A DNA stretch of 42,932 bases from a virus (IMGVR_UViG_3300033076_001065:1-42932), one strand, 5' to 3'. Counted from the first letter of the stretch, positions 27,218 to 36,758 are shown. Numbers and translations are program-made. Notes: generated by a model not told the origin, from the letters alone.

Positions 27218-28996
27218 TCAGGCGAGGGTCCAAACGAGCGATCCTTTCTTCCCGGAACGCTTCACGCGTTCGTTCTGCTGCAGCTGGGCCATGACCCGGT
27301 AGATCAGGCTCCGGTTGGTCTCCGTCGCTGCGCGGAGCTCGTCGATGCTTCCCGAGAACGGACGCCTTGAAAGGAACTCCACGACGGTCTTCTCGCAGGC
27401 CGCGAGATCGGCCGCGTGCTTCGCGCGCTCGCGCTCTCCCTTGCGCTCGTTGAGCTGCTCGGCTTCGAGGTGGCAGACAATCAGACCACGCTTGTCCTCG
27501 GTGTCGTACGCATCGAGCCCGAACGACTCGAGATTCCGCCCGCTGATGCGCTCCTTTTCGTGCTGCACGAGCGTGGGCTGGCCCTTCTCGCCCTCGAACA
27601 CGAACACGCCCTGACACGCATCGAAGATCGCGCTCGAGCCGCGCGGCGCGTGCTTCGCCTTCCGGGCCGTCCCCTCGCCCGGCGGCTTGCCCGCGTGGTG
27701 GATGATCACGATGCACGCCCCTGTCCGCTCGCTCAGACGTGAGAGCTCGTCGAGGTGCTTGCGCACGTCGCTGCTGTTCTCGTCCGCGCCCCTGAACGCT
27801 GGCTGCAGTGAGTCCACCAGCACGAGCGCGGCGCCTTCGGCGTACGGCATGAGCGAGTCCACGTCGCTCTGCTCGAAAAGGTACCGCTTTGGCATGCACG
27901 CGACCCGTAGCGAGCCTTTCGCGAGGTCCCTGAGGTCGAACCCCATCCCTCGCGCGAGACGCTGGTAGCGCTCCTGCGTGAGCCTGCGCCCCTGCTCGTA
28001 GTCGAGGTGGAGCACCGGCCCCTTCCGGCACCCGAACACGCCCCACACGTCCTTGCCGGCGGCGACAGCAACGCCCAGCGACTGCAGCGCCAGCGTCTTG
28101 CGGCTGTAGCCGTAGCCCGCAAACATGTTCAGCGGACCAGGCGCGAGCCTCAGCGACTCGCACAGCCACGGGATGGGCGGCAGGTCGGCGGCGAGCTCGT
28201 CGACGTCGACGAACCCCCACCCGTCATCGACCTTCGGCTCCGCGAGCATCGCGGCCAGGTCCCCACCGGCCGCGACGACGTCGCTCGCGTCCTTGTGCGG
28301 ACTCGGCGCCTCGACGATGCGAACGCTCTTTGCGGCGCCCTGGAGAGCCTCAGAAACGTCCTTCGCGTGCTCGCGCCCCGCCTTGTCCGCGTCGGCGACA
28401 ACGACGACCACGCGCCCCCTGAGCGCCTCCACGGCTTCGTTTGCCACGAACTTCCACTTCCCAGCACCGCCCGGGTTGCATGTCGCGAGGTAGCCCGCGC
28501 GCTCGAGCGTCTCGACGTCCTTCTCGCCTTCGCACACGTGGATCACGCGTTCGGGCGACGCCGCCAGGATCTGCGGCAGCCGATAGAGCACCCTTCGCAC
28601 ACCGCTCGTCTGCCAGATCCAATCCGAGCCGTTCGGGCGACGCTGCACGAAGCGCTTGCCGGTCCTCCGCACGACCTGGAAGAGCAGCGTCCCGCGCTCG
28701 TCGGTGTAGTCGTACGTGGCTTCGATGTCGTTTGCAGGCGCAGCGCGCATCGTGCCGGACGGCACCTCCCCGTGAACGACACCGCAGCGGCACGAGCCGT
28801 GGAGCTTGTGCGAGTAGAGCCCGTCGCTTCCCACCTCGATCGCGCCTGCGAGCTCTTCGCGCGAGCAGTGGCAGTAGCCGTCCTCCGACGTGAACCCGTG
28901 GCAGCGCTTCTCCTTGCCGCGCGGGTCTCCATCCGCGCCGTCGCACACGGGGCAGCGATTCGCCTTCGTGTGCCGCATGTCGCGAGAGACCGTCAC
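27218..28996 (-). CDS. Primase-helicase (Zn finger + TOPRIM + RepA/AAA_25-like helicase)
   Basis: CPVC N-terminus, VCEGEKD and DADKAG TOPRIM motifs, LDYE, LVLVDSL, IIHHAGK, RGSSA. Confidence 0.9.
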   Translation of the reverse strand: MTVSRDMRHTKANRCPVCDGADGDPRGKEKRCHGFTSEDGYCHCSREELAGAIEVGSDGLYSHKLHGSCRCGVVHGEVPSGTMRAAPANDIEATYDYTDERGTLLFQVVRRTGKRFVQRRPNGSDWIWQTSGVRRVLYRLPQILAASPERVIHVCEGEKDVETLERAGYLATCNPGGAGKWKFVANEAVEALRGRVVVVVADADKAGREHAKDVSEALQGAAKSVRIVEAPSPHKDASDVVAAGGDLAAMLAEPKVDDGWGFVDVDELAADLPPIPWLCESLRLAPGPLNMFAGYGYSRKTLALQSLGVAVAAGKDVWGVFGCRKGPVLHLDYEQGRRLTQERYQRLARGMGFDLRDLAKGSLRVACMPKRYLFEQSDVDSLMPYAEGAALVLVDSLQPAFRGADENSSDVRKHLDELSRLSERTGACIVIIHHAGKPPGEGTARKAKHAPRGSSAIFDACQGVFVFEGEKGQPTLVQHEKERISGRNLESFGLDAYDTEDKRGLIVCHLEAEQLNERKGERERAKHAADLAACEKTVVEFLSRRPFSGSIDELRAATETNRSLIYRVMAQLQQNERVKRSGKKGSLVWTLA

Positions 28997-29448
28997 GGAG
29001 CCCTCCGGGCTTCCTCGACGAGCGCGAGAGCCTGCTCGGGGGTCGTGCAGAAGCCCGCCACGGCGCCGTAGGTTCGCATCTTCGCGAGCCACTTCGCCTG
29101 TTCGACTTCCTCGACGCCGTTACCGCCCGCGCTGTTCTTGCACTCGATGCACAGCCAGCGACCGTAGGGCGCCACGATCGCAACGAGATCGCTCGACGAC
29201 GGCTCGAGCCCGTAGCGGATGAACCGGCTGCCCTTCTTGACGCCGCCGACGGAGTTGCGCATCACATGCACGCCGCCCACGGCCCAGAGCGCTTCCTTCA
29301 CGCGCGCAAGAACGCTCGCCTCCGGTTCGACGCGGCGCTTTTGCTCGCCCACGCCCATCCCGATCTGGCCGCGCCAGTCCTCAGGAGACCGCTTTTTACG
29401 GCTCTTTCGCTTGTCAACGGTGGCGTGGGAATCACAAGTGTTCGCCAT
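28993..29448 (-). CDS. VRR-NUC domain nuclease (resolvase-like)
   Basis: E...SDL...IECK...EQAKWL motif set. Confidence 0.85.
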   Translation of the reverse strand: MANTCDSHATVDKRKSRKKRSPEDWRGQIGMGVGEQKRRVEPEASVLARVKEALWAVGGVHVMRNSVGGVKKGSRFIRYGLEPSSSDLVAIVAPYGRWLCIECKNSAGGNGVEEVEQAKWLAKMRTYGAVAGFCTTPEQALALVEEARRAP

Positions 29449-29456
29449 GGGACTAT

Positions 29457-30857
29457 TCACTCCTCGGATACGAGGTCTTCCGCGTCACGAAAGACAAGGA
29501 CTGGCGGCGCGTTCGGTAGGAGGTAGGCGCGCTCGACGAGGTCGTTGACGATGGTGCGGCGCTTCTTTCCGTCGGCCCGCTTCCACGCCTGTTCGATCTC
29601 GCGGAGCTCGCGCAAGACCTCCCGACGAGGGCGCCGATCGGGTCGCGCCTGACGTTCCTCTTCGGCGTCGAGCCGCAGGAGCTCCTCGTCGACCTTCGCG
29701 AGCCGGGCGCGGTGCTCATCGCGGCTCATGGCGCCATCGGTGAAGGCGTCCGTGATGCGGGCCTTCTTCGCACGAAGCTTCGTCCGCTGTTCCGAGAAGT
29801 CCGGAGCCTGGGCGCGTACAGCCGGGGTCGCGAGCGCCTCACGCATCTCGCGTAGCTTCTCGAGAACCAGCGGAGCCGCCAGACGTTCGACGGCGCGGAC
29901 CTCGATGTAGCTGCCGGTGTTCGCCCGCGGCCCACGGCTCGAACACTTCGCGATGCAGCGGTAGTAGACCGCGCCCTTCGACCCGTACGAGCTGCCCATC
30001 TTCCTTCCGCAGTGACCGCAGACGGCGACATCCCGAAGGAACCAGTCATCGGTGCGCGTGGGAGCCCCCACACGAGGCTTCCAGCACCGACCGCCGATGG
30101 ACTCACGGGCGCGCTGAAACGTCGCCTTGTCGACGATGGCGGGATGCTTGCCGGCGATCCACTCGCCCTTGGAGTTGGTGAGCTCGCCCGTGTAGAAGCG
30201 TCGCGCGAGAATGTCTTTCACGCGGTCGCGACCGAACCCGACGATGGCCTGGATCTCCGCGATGCTCCGACCGCGAATGGCGAGACTGAACACGCGACGC
30301 ACGGTCTCCGCTTCGGTGAGCTCGACGACGAGCACGTTCCGCTCGAGCCCCTTCGCGTCCGGCCGGCGATAGCCGTAGGGAACGACGCCCTCGACCCAAT
30401 AGCCCTTGTCACGAAGGATGTGCCGCGTACCAACCATGCGCTGGCGGATGCGCTTGTGTTCCTCGCGGGCGAACAGGATGCGGAAGCTCATCGCCGAGTC
30501 GCCTTCGGAGGTCGACGGGTCGATGGCCTCTCCGACCGCGTAGAACGACGCGCCACATTCGAGGATCTTCCGGACGCTCGAGTAGGTGAACTCGGGATCG
30601 CGCGACCAGCGGTCGATCTTGTCGACGAGGACGAGGTCTCCTCGCGCGACGTCGCGCATGAGGGCGCGCATCTGCTCGCGGCGCTCCGTCTTCTCGCGGA
30701 TGCCGCTCTCCGCCTCGACGTAGAACTGCGTCACGCGGAGACCTTGTCGCTCCGCGTACGCCGCGATGGCCGCTTGCTGGTCCTGCAGCGACGTTCCTTT
30801 CGCTTGCTCCTCGGAGGAGACACGGGCGTAGCCGAAGACTCGTCGGGGTCGGGGCAT
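29457..30857 (-). CDS. int: Large serine recombinase (integrase)
   Basis: YARVSS catalytic motif, DRWSR, VPYGY, HPAIVD, CGHCG zinc ribbon, coiled coil. Confidence 0.93.
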   Translation of the reverse strand: MPRPRRVFGYARVSSEEQAKGTSLQDQQAAIAAYAERQGLRVTQFYVEAESGIREKTERREQMRALMRDVARGDLVLVDKIDRWSRDPEFTYSSVRKILECGASFYAVGEAIDPSTSEGDSAMSFRILFAREEHKRIRQRMVGTRHILRDKGYWVEGVVPYGYRRPDAKGLERNVLVVELTEAETVRRVFSLAIRGRSIAEIQAIVGFGRDRVKDILARRFYTGELTNSKGEWIAGKHPAIVDKATFQRARESIGGRCWKPRVGAPTRTDDWFLRDVAVCGHCGRKMGSSYGSKGAVYYRCIAKCSSRGPRANTGSYIEVRAVERLAAPLVLEKLREMREALATPAVRAQAPDFSEQRTKLRAKKARITDAFTDGAMSRDEHRARLAKVDEELLRLDAEEERQARPDRRPRREVLRELREIEQAWKRADGKKRRTIVNDLVERAYLLPNAPPVLVFRDAEDLVSEE

Positions 30858-30900
30858 TGGAGGGCGTCGAGGAGGGTTTCGGCGATCCGGTCGATGCGCC

Positions 30901-31158
30901 TCATCGGGCTCCCATGGTCCGCAGCACGCCCAGTACGAGCATGCCGCCGAAGGCGGCGCCTGCCGCGAAGACCGCGACGAGGATCGCGCCAATCGTGAGC
31001 TCGGGCTCGATGCTGTACGACGCTCGAACGCCGTCCACGTCACTGCTGTTCAGGTTCAGGCCGCCTGAGCGAACCGCCTGCGCAGTAGGTGACGCCGCGT
31101 GAACTCTGCCGTTCAGGTGCTTGTAGTCTGCACGATCCTGCCTCAGGGTGGAGCGCAT
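30901..31158 (-). CDS. Small membrane protein
   Basis: C-terminal hydrophobic helix LTIGAILVAVFAAGAAFGGMLVLGVL; start uncertain. Confidence 0.5.
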   Translation of the reverse strand: MRSTLRQDRADYKHLNGRVHAASPTAQAVRSGGLNLNSSDVDGVRASYSIEPELTIGAILVAVFAAGAAFGGMLVLGVLRTMGAR

Positions 31159-31162
31159 GGGG

Positions 31163-31456
31163 TCAACCGTCCGTTCCGGTACGGCGTCGCTCGGGTCCGT
31201 GCGGCAGCCAGCCTTTCGGGAGCGGCTGATCCCAGGCCTCGATCGGGATGCCCACAATGTCGCGAAGCTTCACCGAGAACTTCCGGCCGGGCTTGCGGTC
31301 GCCGTAGAGGAGTCGCGCGATCTTCGCGCCGTCCTCCTTGAGCTCCCGCGCGAGATCAGCCGGCTTCCAGCTTCGCCGCCGCATCTCGGCCCACACCATC
31401 GGAAGCGCGGCAGAGGTCTCGTCCCCCAAATGCTGTCGCAGTCGGTCCTCGGTCAT
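31163..31456 (-). CDS. Cro-like XRE HTH regulator
   Basis: PADLARELKEDGAKIARLLYGDRKP HTH; divergent from the repressor. Confidence 0.8.
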   Translation of the reverse strand: MTEDRLRQHLGDETSAALPMVWAEMRRRSWKPADLARELKEDGAKIARLLYGDRKPGRKFSVKLRDIVGIPIEAWDQPLPKGWLPHGPERRRTGTDG

Positions 31457-31462
31457 TCCCCG

Positions 31463-31491
31463 AAGGTACTGTTTCAAGACAGCGCTGTCAA
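31463..31491 (-). promoter_or_regulatory. Early promoter for the cro operon with CTGT-n6-ACAG operator
   Basis: TTGACA-17-TACCTT, ATG 6 nt later; spacer contains CTGTcttgaaACAG. Confidence 0.8.
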
Positions 31492-31537
31492 ATAACAAAA
31501 TCCACGCCGCCGCATGAGTCTGCTACCTTTTGTCAGT

Positions 31538-32131
31538 ATGAGCGCGTCAAGTCCTGGTCCTACCTCGGGTTTGGGCGAGCGCATCAAGAAGGCGATCGAT
31601 GAAGAGGGGCGTGGTCGTTCTCAGAATGCGCTCGAGCGGCAAGCGGGCTTCAAGCCCGGCGTGCTGAGTCGGTACATCAACCACAAGCCATCCGCGGACG
31701 ACGAGCGTTCGCGGACCGTCGACGTGGACAAGCTCGTCGCCCTCGCGGATCTGCTCCACGTGCGTCGCGAGTGGCTGCTTATGGGCGAGGGGCCCATGCG
31801 GAGAGAGGGGCGGAGCCAGACGAAGTTTGAGATCGCGATGGTGTTCGCGCGCCAGGCGGGGTGTCGCGAGGACGCAATCCAGCTCGCGTGGGAGCGTCTG
31901 AAACAGAACGAGCCCACGATGAGCGAGCTCGATTGGGCACAGGCTTTCCACAACGAGGCCCTCTTACTCGACCGCGCAGGCGTGAAGAGGCCTGAAAAGG
32001 TGAGCGAAGAGCAGGCGGCAATCGAACGGACCAAGAAAAAGCGGGCTCGCGCCATTGAGAAGCGCGAGGAGGAGGCGAAGAATGCGAGCGTGGTTTCTCT
32101 TCCTACCAAGCGTCGTGCTGCTGGTGATTAG
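31538..32131 (+). CDS. CI-like XRE repressor
   Basis: LGERIK...SQNALERQAG...LSRY...LADLLHVRREWLLMGEGPM; alternative start at 31514. Confidence 0.85.
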   Translation: MSASSPGPTSGLGERIKKAIDEEGRGRSQNALERQAGFKPGVLSRYINHKPSADDERSRTVDVDKLVALADLLHVRREWLLMGEGPMRREGRSQTKFEIAMVFARQAGCREDAIQLAWERLKQNEPTMSELDWAQAFHNEALLLDRAGVKRPEKVSEEQAAIERTKKKRARAIEKREEEAKNASVVSLPTKRRAAGD

Positions 32132-32519
32132 CTGCTCGAGCGGTGACGAAACGGGCGGCAGGCCTACGACATGCAAGCGCTCGGACCGCACGGGTACGTA
32201 CAAGATCTCCTACTTCAGGCAGGGCGGTGACTGCGGCGATCTCCCGCAAGAGGTTGCACGCATCGAATCTGGCGGCGCCATCATCACCGGGCCGGCCAAG
32301 TGCACCGTGTCGAACGAGCGCTGGTCCAACAACGACTGCACGTTCGAGTCGACCTCCGCGTGCACCACGCCCGAGTCAACATCGACGGGCACGGGCATCA
32401 CGCACCAGGAAACAAAGGACGGCTCGTGGCTCTCCGGAACGGTGACCGTCGAGGTCCGGAAGCCGGACGGCGCGTACGTTTGCCGCGGCACATACACGAT
32501 GTCCGCCAGCCGGCAGTAG
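32082..32519 (+). CDS. Cys-rich lipoprotein (superinfection-exclusion candidate)
   Basis: Signal MRAWFLFLPSVVLLVIS-C, six further Cys; co-oriented with and overlapping the repressor. Confidence 0.7.
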   Translation: MRAWFLFLPSVVLLVISCSSGDETGGRPTTCKRSDRTGTYKISYFRQGGDCGDLPQEVARIESGGAIITGPAKCTVSNERWSNNDCTFESTSACTTPESTSTGTGITHQETKDGSWLSGTVTVEVRKPDGAYVCRGTYTMSASRQ

Positions 32520-32582
32520 AATTTCTTCGCGCCTGACGCTGGCGGAATGACAAGACTTTCCGCTGCGACCTTGTTCGGCTGA

Positions 32583-32629
32583 ATCACTGTTTCTTGACAG
32601 TGATGTTTCGAGACAGTAAGCTCTGTCTC
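32583..32629 (+). promoter_or_regulatory. Early promoter with tandem operators
   Basis: TTGACA(32594)-17-TAAGCT; inverted repeats ATCACTGT-n6-ACAGTGAT and GAGACAG-n6-CTGTCTC. Confidence 0.8.
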
Positions 32630-32630
32630 C

Positions 32631-32870
32631 ATGAAGACGCCGGTGCGCAAGGTCGGGGTGGGGATCTTCCGAATCGAGGAGGGCCAGCGCGTGCAGCGCT
32701 TCGGCTCGCTGGCTGCGGCGATCACGGAGCCGCCGCGCGACCCTGACGCTGAGATCCGCGGCCCCGGTGGCGTGCTCGCGAAGTCCACGCCGGACGACGA
32801 GCCGTGCGGCTGGGTCGTCACCGACCTCGGGCGTGCGCGTCTCGAGAGCGAGATCCGAGGTGCCGCGTGA
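32631..32870 (+). CDS. Hypothetical protein
   Basis: 79 aa, first gene after the promoter. Confidence 0.7.
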   Translation: MKTPVRKVGVGIFRIEEGQRVQRFGSLAAAITEPPRDPDAEIRGPGGVLAKSTPDDEPCGWVVTDLGRARLESEIRGAA

Positions 32871-33214
32871 GTGCCAAGGGCTGGCCTTCGGCGGACGCGG
32901 TGCTTGCGCTCGCACTGAGCGATGACCTCGCGGACTTCTACGAGGGCAGCAAGTACGAATCATCGAACGACAACGAGCGCCTGTACGTCGAGGACATGAC
33001 CGACGACGAGCGGCGGTGCCGTCGCGTGAACAACGCGTACGCCGCCGAGTGCCTGCTCATGGAGGCGCGTCGGCTGATGCGCCACCTTCGTCACGACCTA
33101 GGGCCCGCGATGGCTCGCGATCTGGGACTGCGCGACCGCGTCGACTGGCTGGAGAAGGCCCTCAAGAAAGCCGACGAGCGCGTCGAGCGCATCCGGGAGC
33201 TCGACGGCGAATGA
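32867..33214 (+). CDS. Hypothetical protein
   Basis: GTGA-coupled start, GAGG RBS. Confidence 0.7.
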   Translation: MSAKGWPSADAVLALALSDDLADFYEGSKYESSNDNERLYVEDMTDDERRCRRVNNAYAAECLLMEARRLMRHLRHDLGPAMARDLGLRDRVDWLEKALKKADERVERIRELDGE

Positions 33215-33435
33215 TTCCCGACGACGAGCGCACCACGCGGATCACCGCCAAACGCGCCGCCCGCAAGGGGCTGCCGCTCTGCGTTCAGTGTCACCGGGCC
33301 TGGGTGAGCAAGGCGCATCGCCTGACGTGCTCGCCCACATGCCGCCGCCTCTATCGGATCCGCCAGATGCGAGAGCTTCTCGAGCCCGAGCACAAAGCCG
33401 TCACCCTCATCTTTCCCAAGGAGCCACTGCTGTGA
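33211..33435 (+). CDS. Small zinc-finger protein
   Basis: CVQC...CSPTCR. Confidence 0.65.
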   Translation: MIPDDERTTRITAKRAARKGLPLCVQCHRAWVSKAHRLTCSPTCRRLYRIRQMRELLEPEHKAVTLIFPKEPLL

Positions 33436-34049
33436 ACGACGTCACGATCACGATGTCCCCGACTGTCGGCGCGCTCGCAAAGGCGCTCACCAAGGCGCAG
33501 CTCGAGACGACGGCCGTGGTGAAGGACTCCACGAACCCGCACTTCAAGAACCGATACGCGTCGCTCGCCGCGTGCATCGACGCGACCAAGATTTTGAACC
33601 GGCACGGAATCGCCGTGGTCCAGCCGCCCGCGGCTGCCGGCCCTGACGGCGTGTGCGTCGATACGTTCCTCATCCACGAATCGGGCGAGTGGATCCGCGG
33701 GCAACTCTACATGCCGGCGACGAAGAAGGACGCCCAGGGCTTCGGCTCCGCGCTGAGCTACGCGCGCCGGTACTGTCTCTGCGCGACCGCGAACCTGGCG
33801 ACCGACGACGATGATGGCGAGCACGCTCGCAAGTCGAACGGCAACGCAGACATGACGGACGCGCTGCAGAAGTCCGTCGAGTGGGGTGAGTGGGAGAAGG
33901 CGAAGGCTGCCGCACTCAAGGCGGCGAAGACCAAGGGCGAGCTCTTGGAAGTCTGGAACGACGTAAACGAGAAAGGGCGCGAGTCGCCGAACGGCACGCT
34001 CAAGCGGCTCGCGGCAATCAAGGACGAGCAGAAAGTGGCGCTGGCGTGA
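33432..34049 (+). CDS. erf: ERF-family single-strand annealing protein
   Basis: NPHFKNRYASL, HESGEW and GSALSYARRY signature. Confidence 0.92.
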   Translation: MNDVTITMSPTVGALAKALTKAQLETTAVVKDSTNPHFKNRYASLAACIDATKILNRHGIAVVQPPAAAGPDGVCVDTFLIHESGEWIRGQLYMPATKKDAQGFGSALSYARRYCLCATANLATDDDDGEHARKSNGNADMTDALQKSVEWGEWEKAKAAALKAAKTKGELLEVWNDVNEKGRESPNGTLKRLAAIKDEQKVALA

Positions 34050-34774
34050 GCGTGCGTCTGAGCATGTCCAAGATGCACGCCGAGTGCCTCTACGCGTTTC
34101 GCTCGGACGTGGACGCCAAAGAGCGTCCGCCGGGCAGAGAGGCGCGCGTGGGGTCGGCGACGCACACGCTCGCGGAGTACCACGTCAAAGGCCGGGCAGA
34201 GTCGCCCAAGGTCGACCCGCACGAGCTCGCCGCCGCCACCGTCCTGTTCGAGGGGCCGCTCCGTGGCTGGCTCGACAAGCGCGCGTGGACAGCGTGCGAG
34301 ATCGGGCTTCGGTACGACGCCGAGAATGACGCGACCACGATCGGCCCGCGTCGCGGCGAGCCCGGCTACGAGGACATCGGGCCCATGGTGCTCCCGGGCA
34401 CGCTCGACCTCGTGCACGTTGTCGACGACGCGGTGTGGATCGCCGACCTCAAGACCGGCAAGAAAGACAACGCGCACAAGCCGCAGCTCTACGCGCAGGC
34501 GGTGGCGGCGTCGCGGCTCTACGGCGTATCCACGGCGTTCGTGGGTTTCGTGTTTGCGCGGAAGACGAAGTGCGATGAGCCCGAGTGGGAAGCGCTCGAC
34601 GCCGACAGGCTCGACGCAGAGGCGGGAAGCATCCGGCGCAAGCTTCGGATGGTCCCGACCGCAGAGCCCGTTCTCGGGCAGGGGTGCTTCTACTGCCCGG
34701 CGCGCGACGTGTGCCCGGCGCAACAGCGTGCGCCCATCGGTGCAGAGGACTTGGACGCCATTGCGGCGTTTTGA
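34046..34774 (+). CDS. PD-(D/E)XK exonuclease (RecB/Cas4-like)
   Basis: GTLD...IADLKTG...QLYAQA; C-terminal CFYC-x5-C. Confidence 0.85.
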   Translation: MSVRLSMSKMHAECLYAFRSDVDAKERPPGREARVGSATHTLAEYHVKGRAESPKVDPHELAAATVLFEGPLRGWLDKRAWTACEIGLRYDAENDATTIGPRRGEPGYEDIGPMVLPGTLDLVHVVDDAVWIADLKTGKKDNAHKPQLYAQAVAASRLYGVSTAFVGFVFARKTKCDEPEWEALDADRLDAEAGSIRRKLRMVPTAEPVLGQGCFYCPARDVCPAQQRAPIGAEDLDAIAAF

Positions 34775-34791
34775 AGGAAAGGAACGGAGAC

Positions 34792-35133
34792 ATGATCAGC
34801 GTGACGGCAATCGGCAATCTCGGACGTGACGGCGAGCTCAAGTCGGCGGGCAACACGGAGGTGGTGAACTTCTCGATCGCGTGCCGCGGTCGCGAGAAGG
34901 ACTCGACGACGTGGGTAGACTGCGCGCTTTTCGGCAAGCGGGCGGTGGCGGTGGCTCCATACCTGAAGAAGGGCGGCCGAGTCGGCGTCATGGGCACGCT
35001 CTCGACGCGTGAACACAACGGCAAGACGTACCTCAAGATCGACGTGCAGGAGCTCGAGCTTCTCGGTGACAAGTCGAAGAGCGACGAGCGGCCTTCGTCG
35101 AAGGAGCCCCCTCAGGACGAGATTCCGTTCTGA
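34792..35133 (+). CDS. ssb: Single-stranded DNA-binding protein
   Basis: IGNLGRD, YLKKG, acidic DEIPF tail. Confidence 0.95.
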   Translation: MISVTAIGNLGRDGELKSAGNTEVVNFSIACRGREKDSTTWVDCALFGKRAVAVAPYLKKGGRVGVMGTLSTREHNGKTYLKIDVQELELLGDKSKSDERPSSKEPPQDEIPF

Positions 35134-35333
35134 TGAGCCCCGCCGCCAAGCTCGTGAGCATCGAGCCCGGTAGCAAGATGATCGACGCGAAAGACGCGCG
35201 CATCGTGTACCGGGCCGAGGGGTACACGCAGGGTCGCTCGACGATGGATGGCGGGCGCGTCGAGTGGGTGAAGCTCGACGACGGCCGCGAGGTGCTCGTG
35301 GACATCAAGGACATGGCCGCGGTGCCCGTGTGA
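35133..35333 (+). CDS. Hypothetical protein
   Basis: 66 aa, TGATG coupling. Confidence 0.7.
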   Translation: MSPAAKLVSIEPGSKMIDAKDARIVYRAEGYTQGRSTMDGGRVEWVKLDDGREVLVDIKDMAAVPV

Positions 35334-35412
35334 GTTGCCGCTGCCTGCACTGCGGCGGGCGCTGGCGACAGTCGCTGTGGGACCGACTCGTCATGTGGAT
35401 CTGGAGGCGAAC

Positions 35413-36210
35413 GTGAGCACGGACGGCAAGGGCGATCGGGGCGGGGCCTACGAGCAGCTGCGCAGGACGGTTGACGGCGAACACGGCACCTTCGCAACGG
35501 TGGATCGCAGTAGCGATGCGACGCCGTGTACCGGCTGCACACTCGCACGCGAGAACGGCCTCGACGAGTACGAGTGCATGACGTGTGGCGCGAAGTGGAC
35601 GGACGGCAAGATCCCGCCCGTGCGGATGGTGCGCAGTTTCGATGCGCCGACAGGGCGCCTTCGCGACGACGACCTGGATGCCGCGCGGCGCTTCTGGCCG
35701 TGGCTGCCAGCCGACGACGTAGAGGCAGGCGCGAAGGTCGCCGAGATCGTCGCTCGCGAGAGCGAGCAGCGGAGTTCGGAGGCGCTGCCAGAGATGGAGA
35801 CGATTCAGTGCATGGGCGAAGGACCCGAATACGCGCTGCACACTGTCCAGCGTGAACGCCGTTCCAAGGCAAGCCCGGAGCCGTGCCAGCATCCGCCCGA
35901 GAAGCAATACCTCGACGAGAACGACGACGTGCAGTGCAGCACGTGCGATCCGCCCGTCGAGTGGAGTGTCGAGGCGTGGCGCGAGGACGGTCGCCCGTGC
36001 TCGCGATGTCACGAGTCGATCGCGTGGGAGGGCGACCCGCCCGAGTCCGCCGACGACGCGATGTGCAACGAATGCGTGCGCGACGAACTGAGCGCGCTTC
36101 GCCGCGAGCGCGATGCTGGCCGACCCGATGCTCCACCCGAGCCGCCGAAGGCCCCTTCGCCTCTGAGCGACGCGGGCATGTTCGTGGAACGCACCAAGAG
36201 GGGGCGGTGA
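35413..36210 (+). CDS. Multi-CxxC hypothetical protein
   Basis: GGAGG RBS; CTGC, CMTC, CSTC, CSRC and CNEC motifs. Confidence 0.65.
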   Translation: MSTDGKGDRGGAYEQLRRTVDGEHGTFATVDRSSDATPCTGCTLARENGLDEYECMTCGAKWTDGKIPPVRMVRSFDAPTGRLRDDDLDAARRFWPWLPADDVEAGAKVAEIVARESEQRSSEALPEMETIQCMGEGPEYALHTVQRERRSKASPEPCQHPPEKQYLDENDDVQCSTCDPPVEWSVEAWREDGRPCSRCHESIAWEGDPPESADDAMCNECVRDELSALRRERDAGRPDAPPEPPKAPSPLSDAGMFVERTKRGR

Positions 36211-36758
36211 TGCCTGTCGTCGGCATGCGCTCCAAGAACCACCGGAACGACGTCATGAAGCGCGGCGGCGTGGATGACGCCACGGACGACCGCGAGACGC
36301 CGCCCTACATCTTCGACCCGCTTCACGCAGAGCACGGGTTCACGCTCGACGCCGCTGCCGCCCCGCACAACGCAAAGCTGGCGCGGTACTTCACGCGCGA
36401 GATCGACGGCCTGGTCCAGTCGTGGGCCGGCGAGCGCGTGTGGTGCAACCCGCCGTATTCGCAGCTCCGTCAGTGGACGGCGAAGGCACTCGCCGAAGTC
36501 GCGACCGGCTGCCCCCTGGTCGTCCTGCTGCTTCCCGCGAACCGCACCGAACAGAGCTGGTGGCAGGAGATGATCGAGCCCGTTCGCGATCGCGAGGGCA
36601 CCGGAGTGCGCACCATCAACCTCCCGGGGCGCGCCCGCTTCCTGAACGTGACGCACCACAACGCGCGCGGCGGATCCCATGCCGGGTTCGGATGCGTCGT
36701 CATCGTGATCGAGCCCCCGAGGGCTGGCAGAGAGAGTGCTCAGAAAGGAGGCGGCTAA
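36210..36758 (+). CDS. Phage DNA N6-adenine methyltransferase
   Basis: ETP...FTLDAAA...DGLVQSW...VWCNPPYS...LLLPA.RT. Confidence 0.92.
   Translation: MPVVGMRSKNHRNDVMKRGGVDDATDDRETPPYIFDPLHAEHGFTLDAAAAPHNAKLARYFTREIDGLVQSWAGERVWCNPPYSQLRQWTAKALAEVATGCPLVVLLLPANRTEQSWWQEMIEPVRDREGTGVRTINLPGRARFLNVTHHNARGGSHAGFGCVVIVIEPPRAGRESAQKGGG

Noticed and set aside
34046-34774. Cas4-like gene as evidence of a CRISPR system
   Set aside because: No repeat-spacer array or other cas genes were seen; its position between ERF and SSB indicates a recombination exonuclease.
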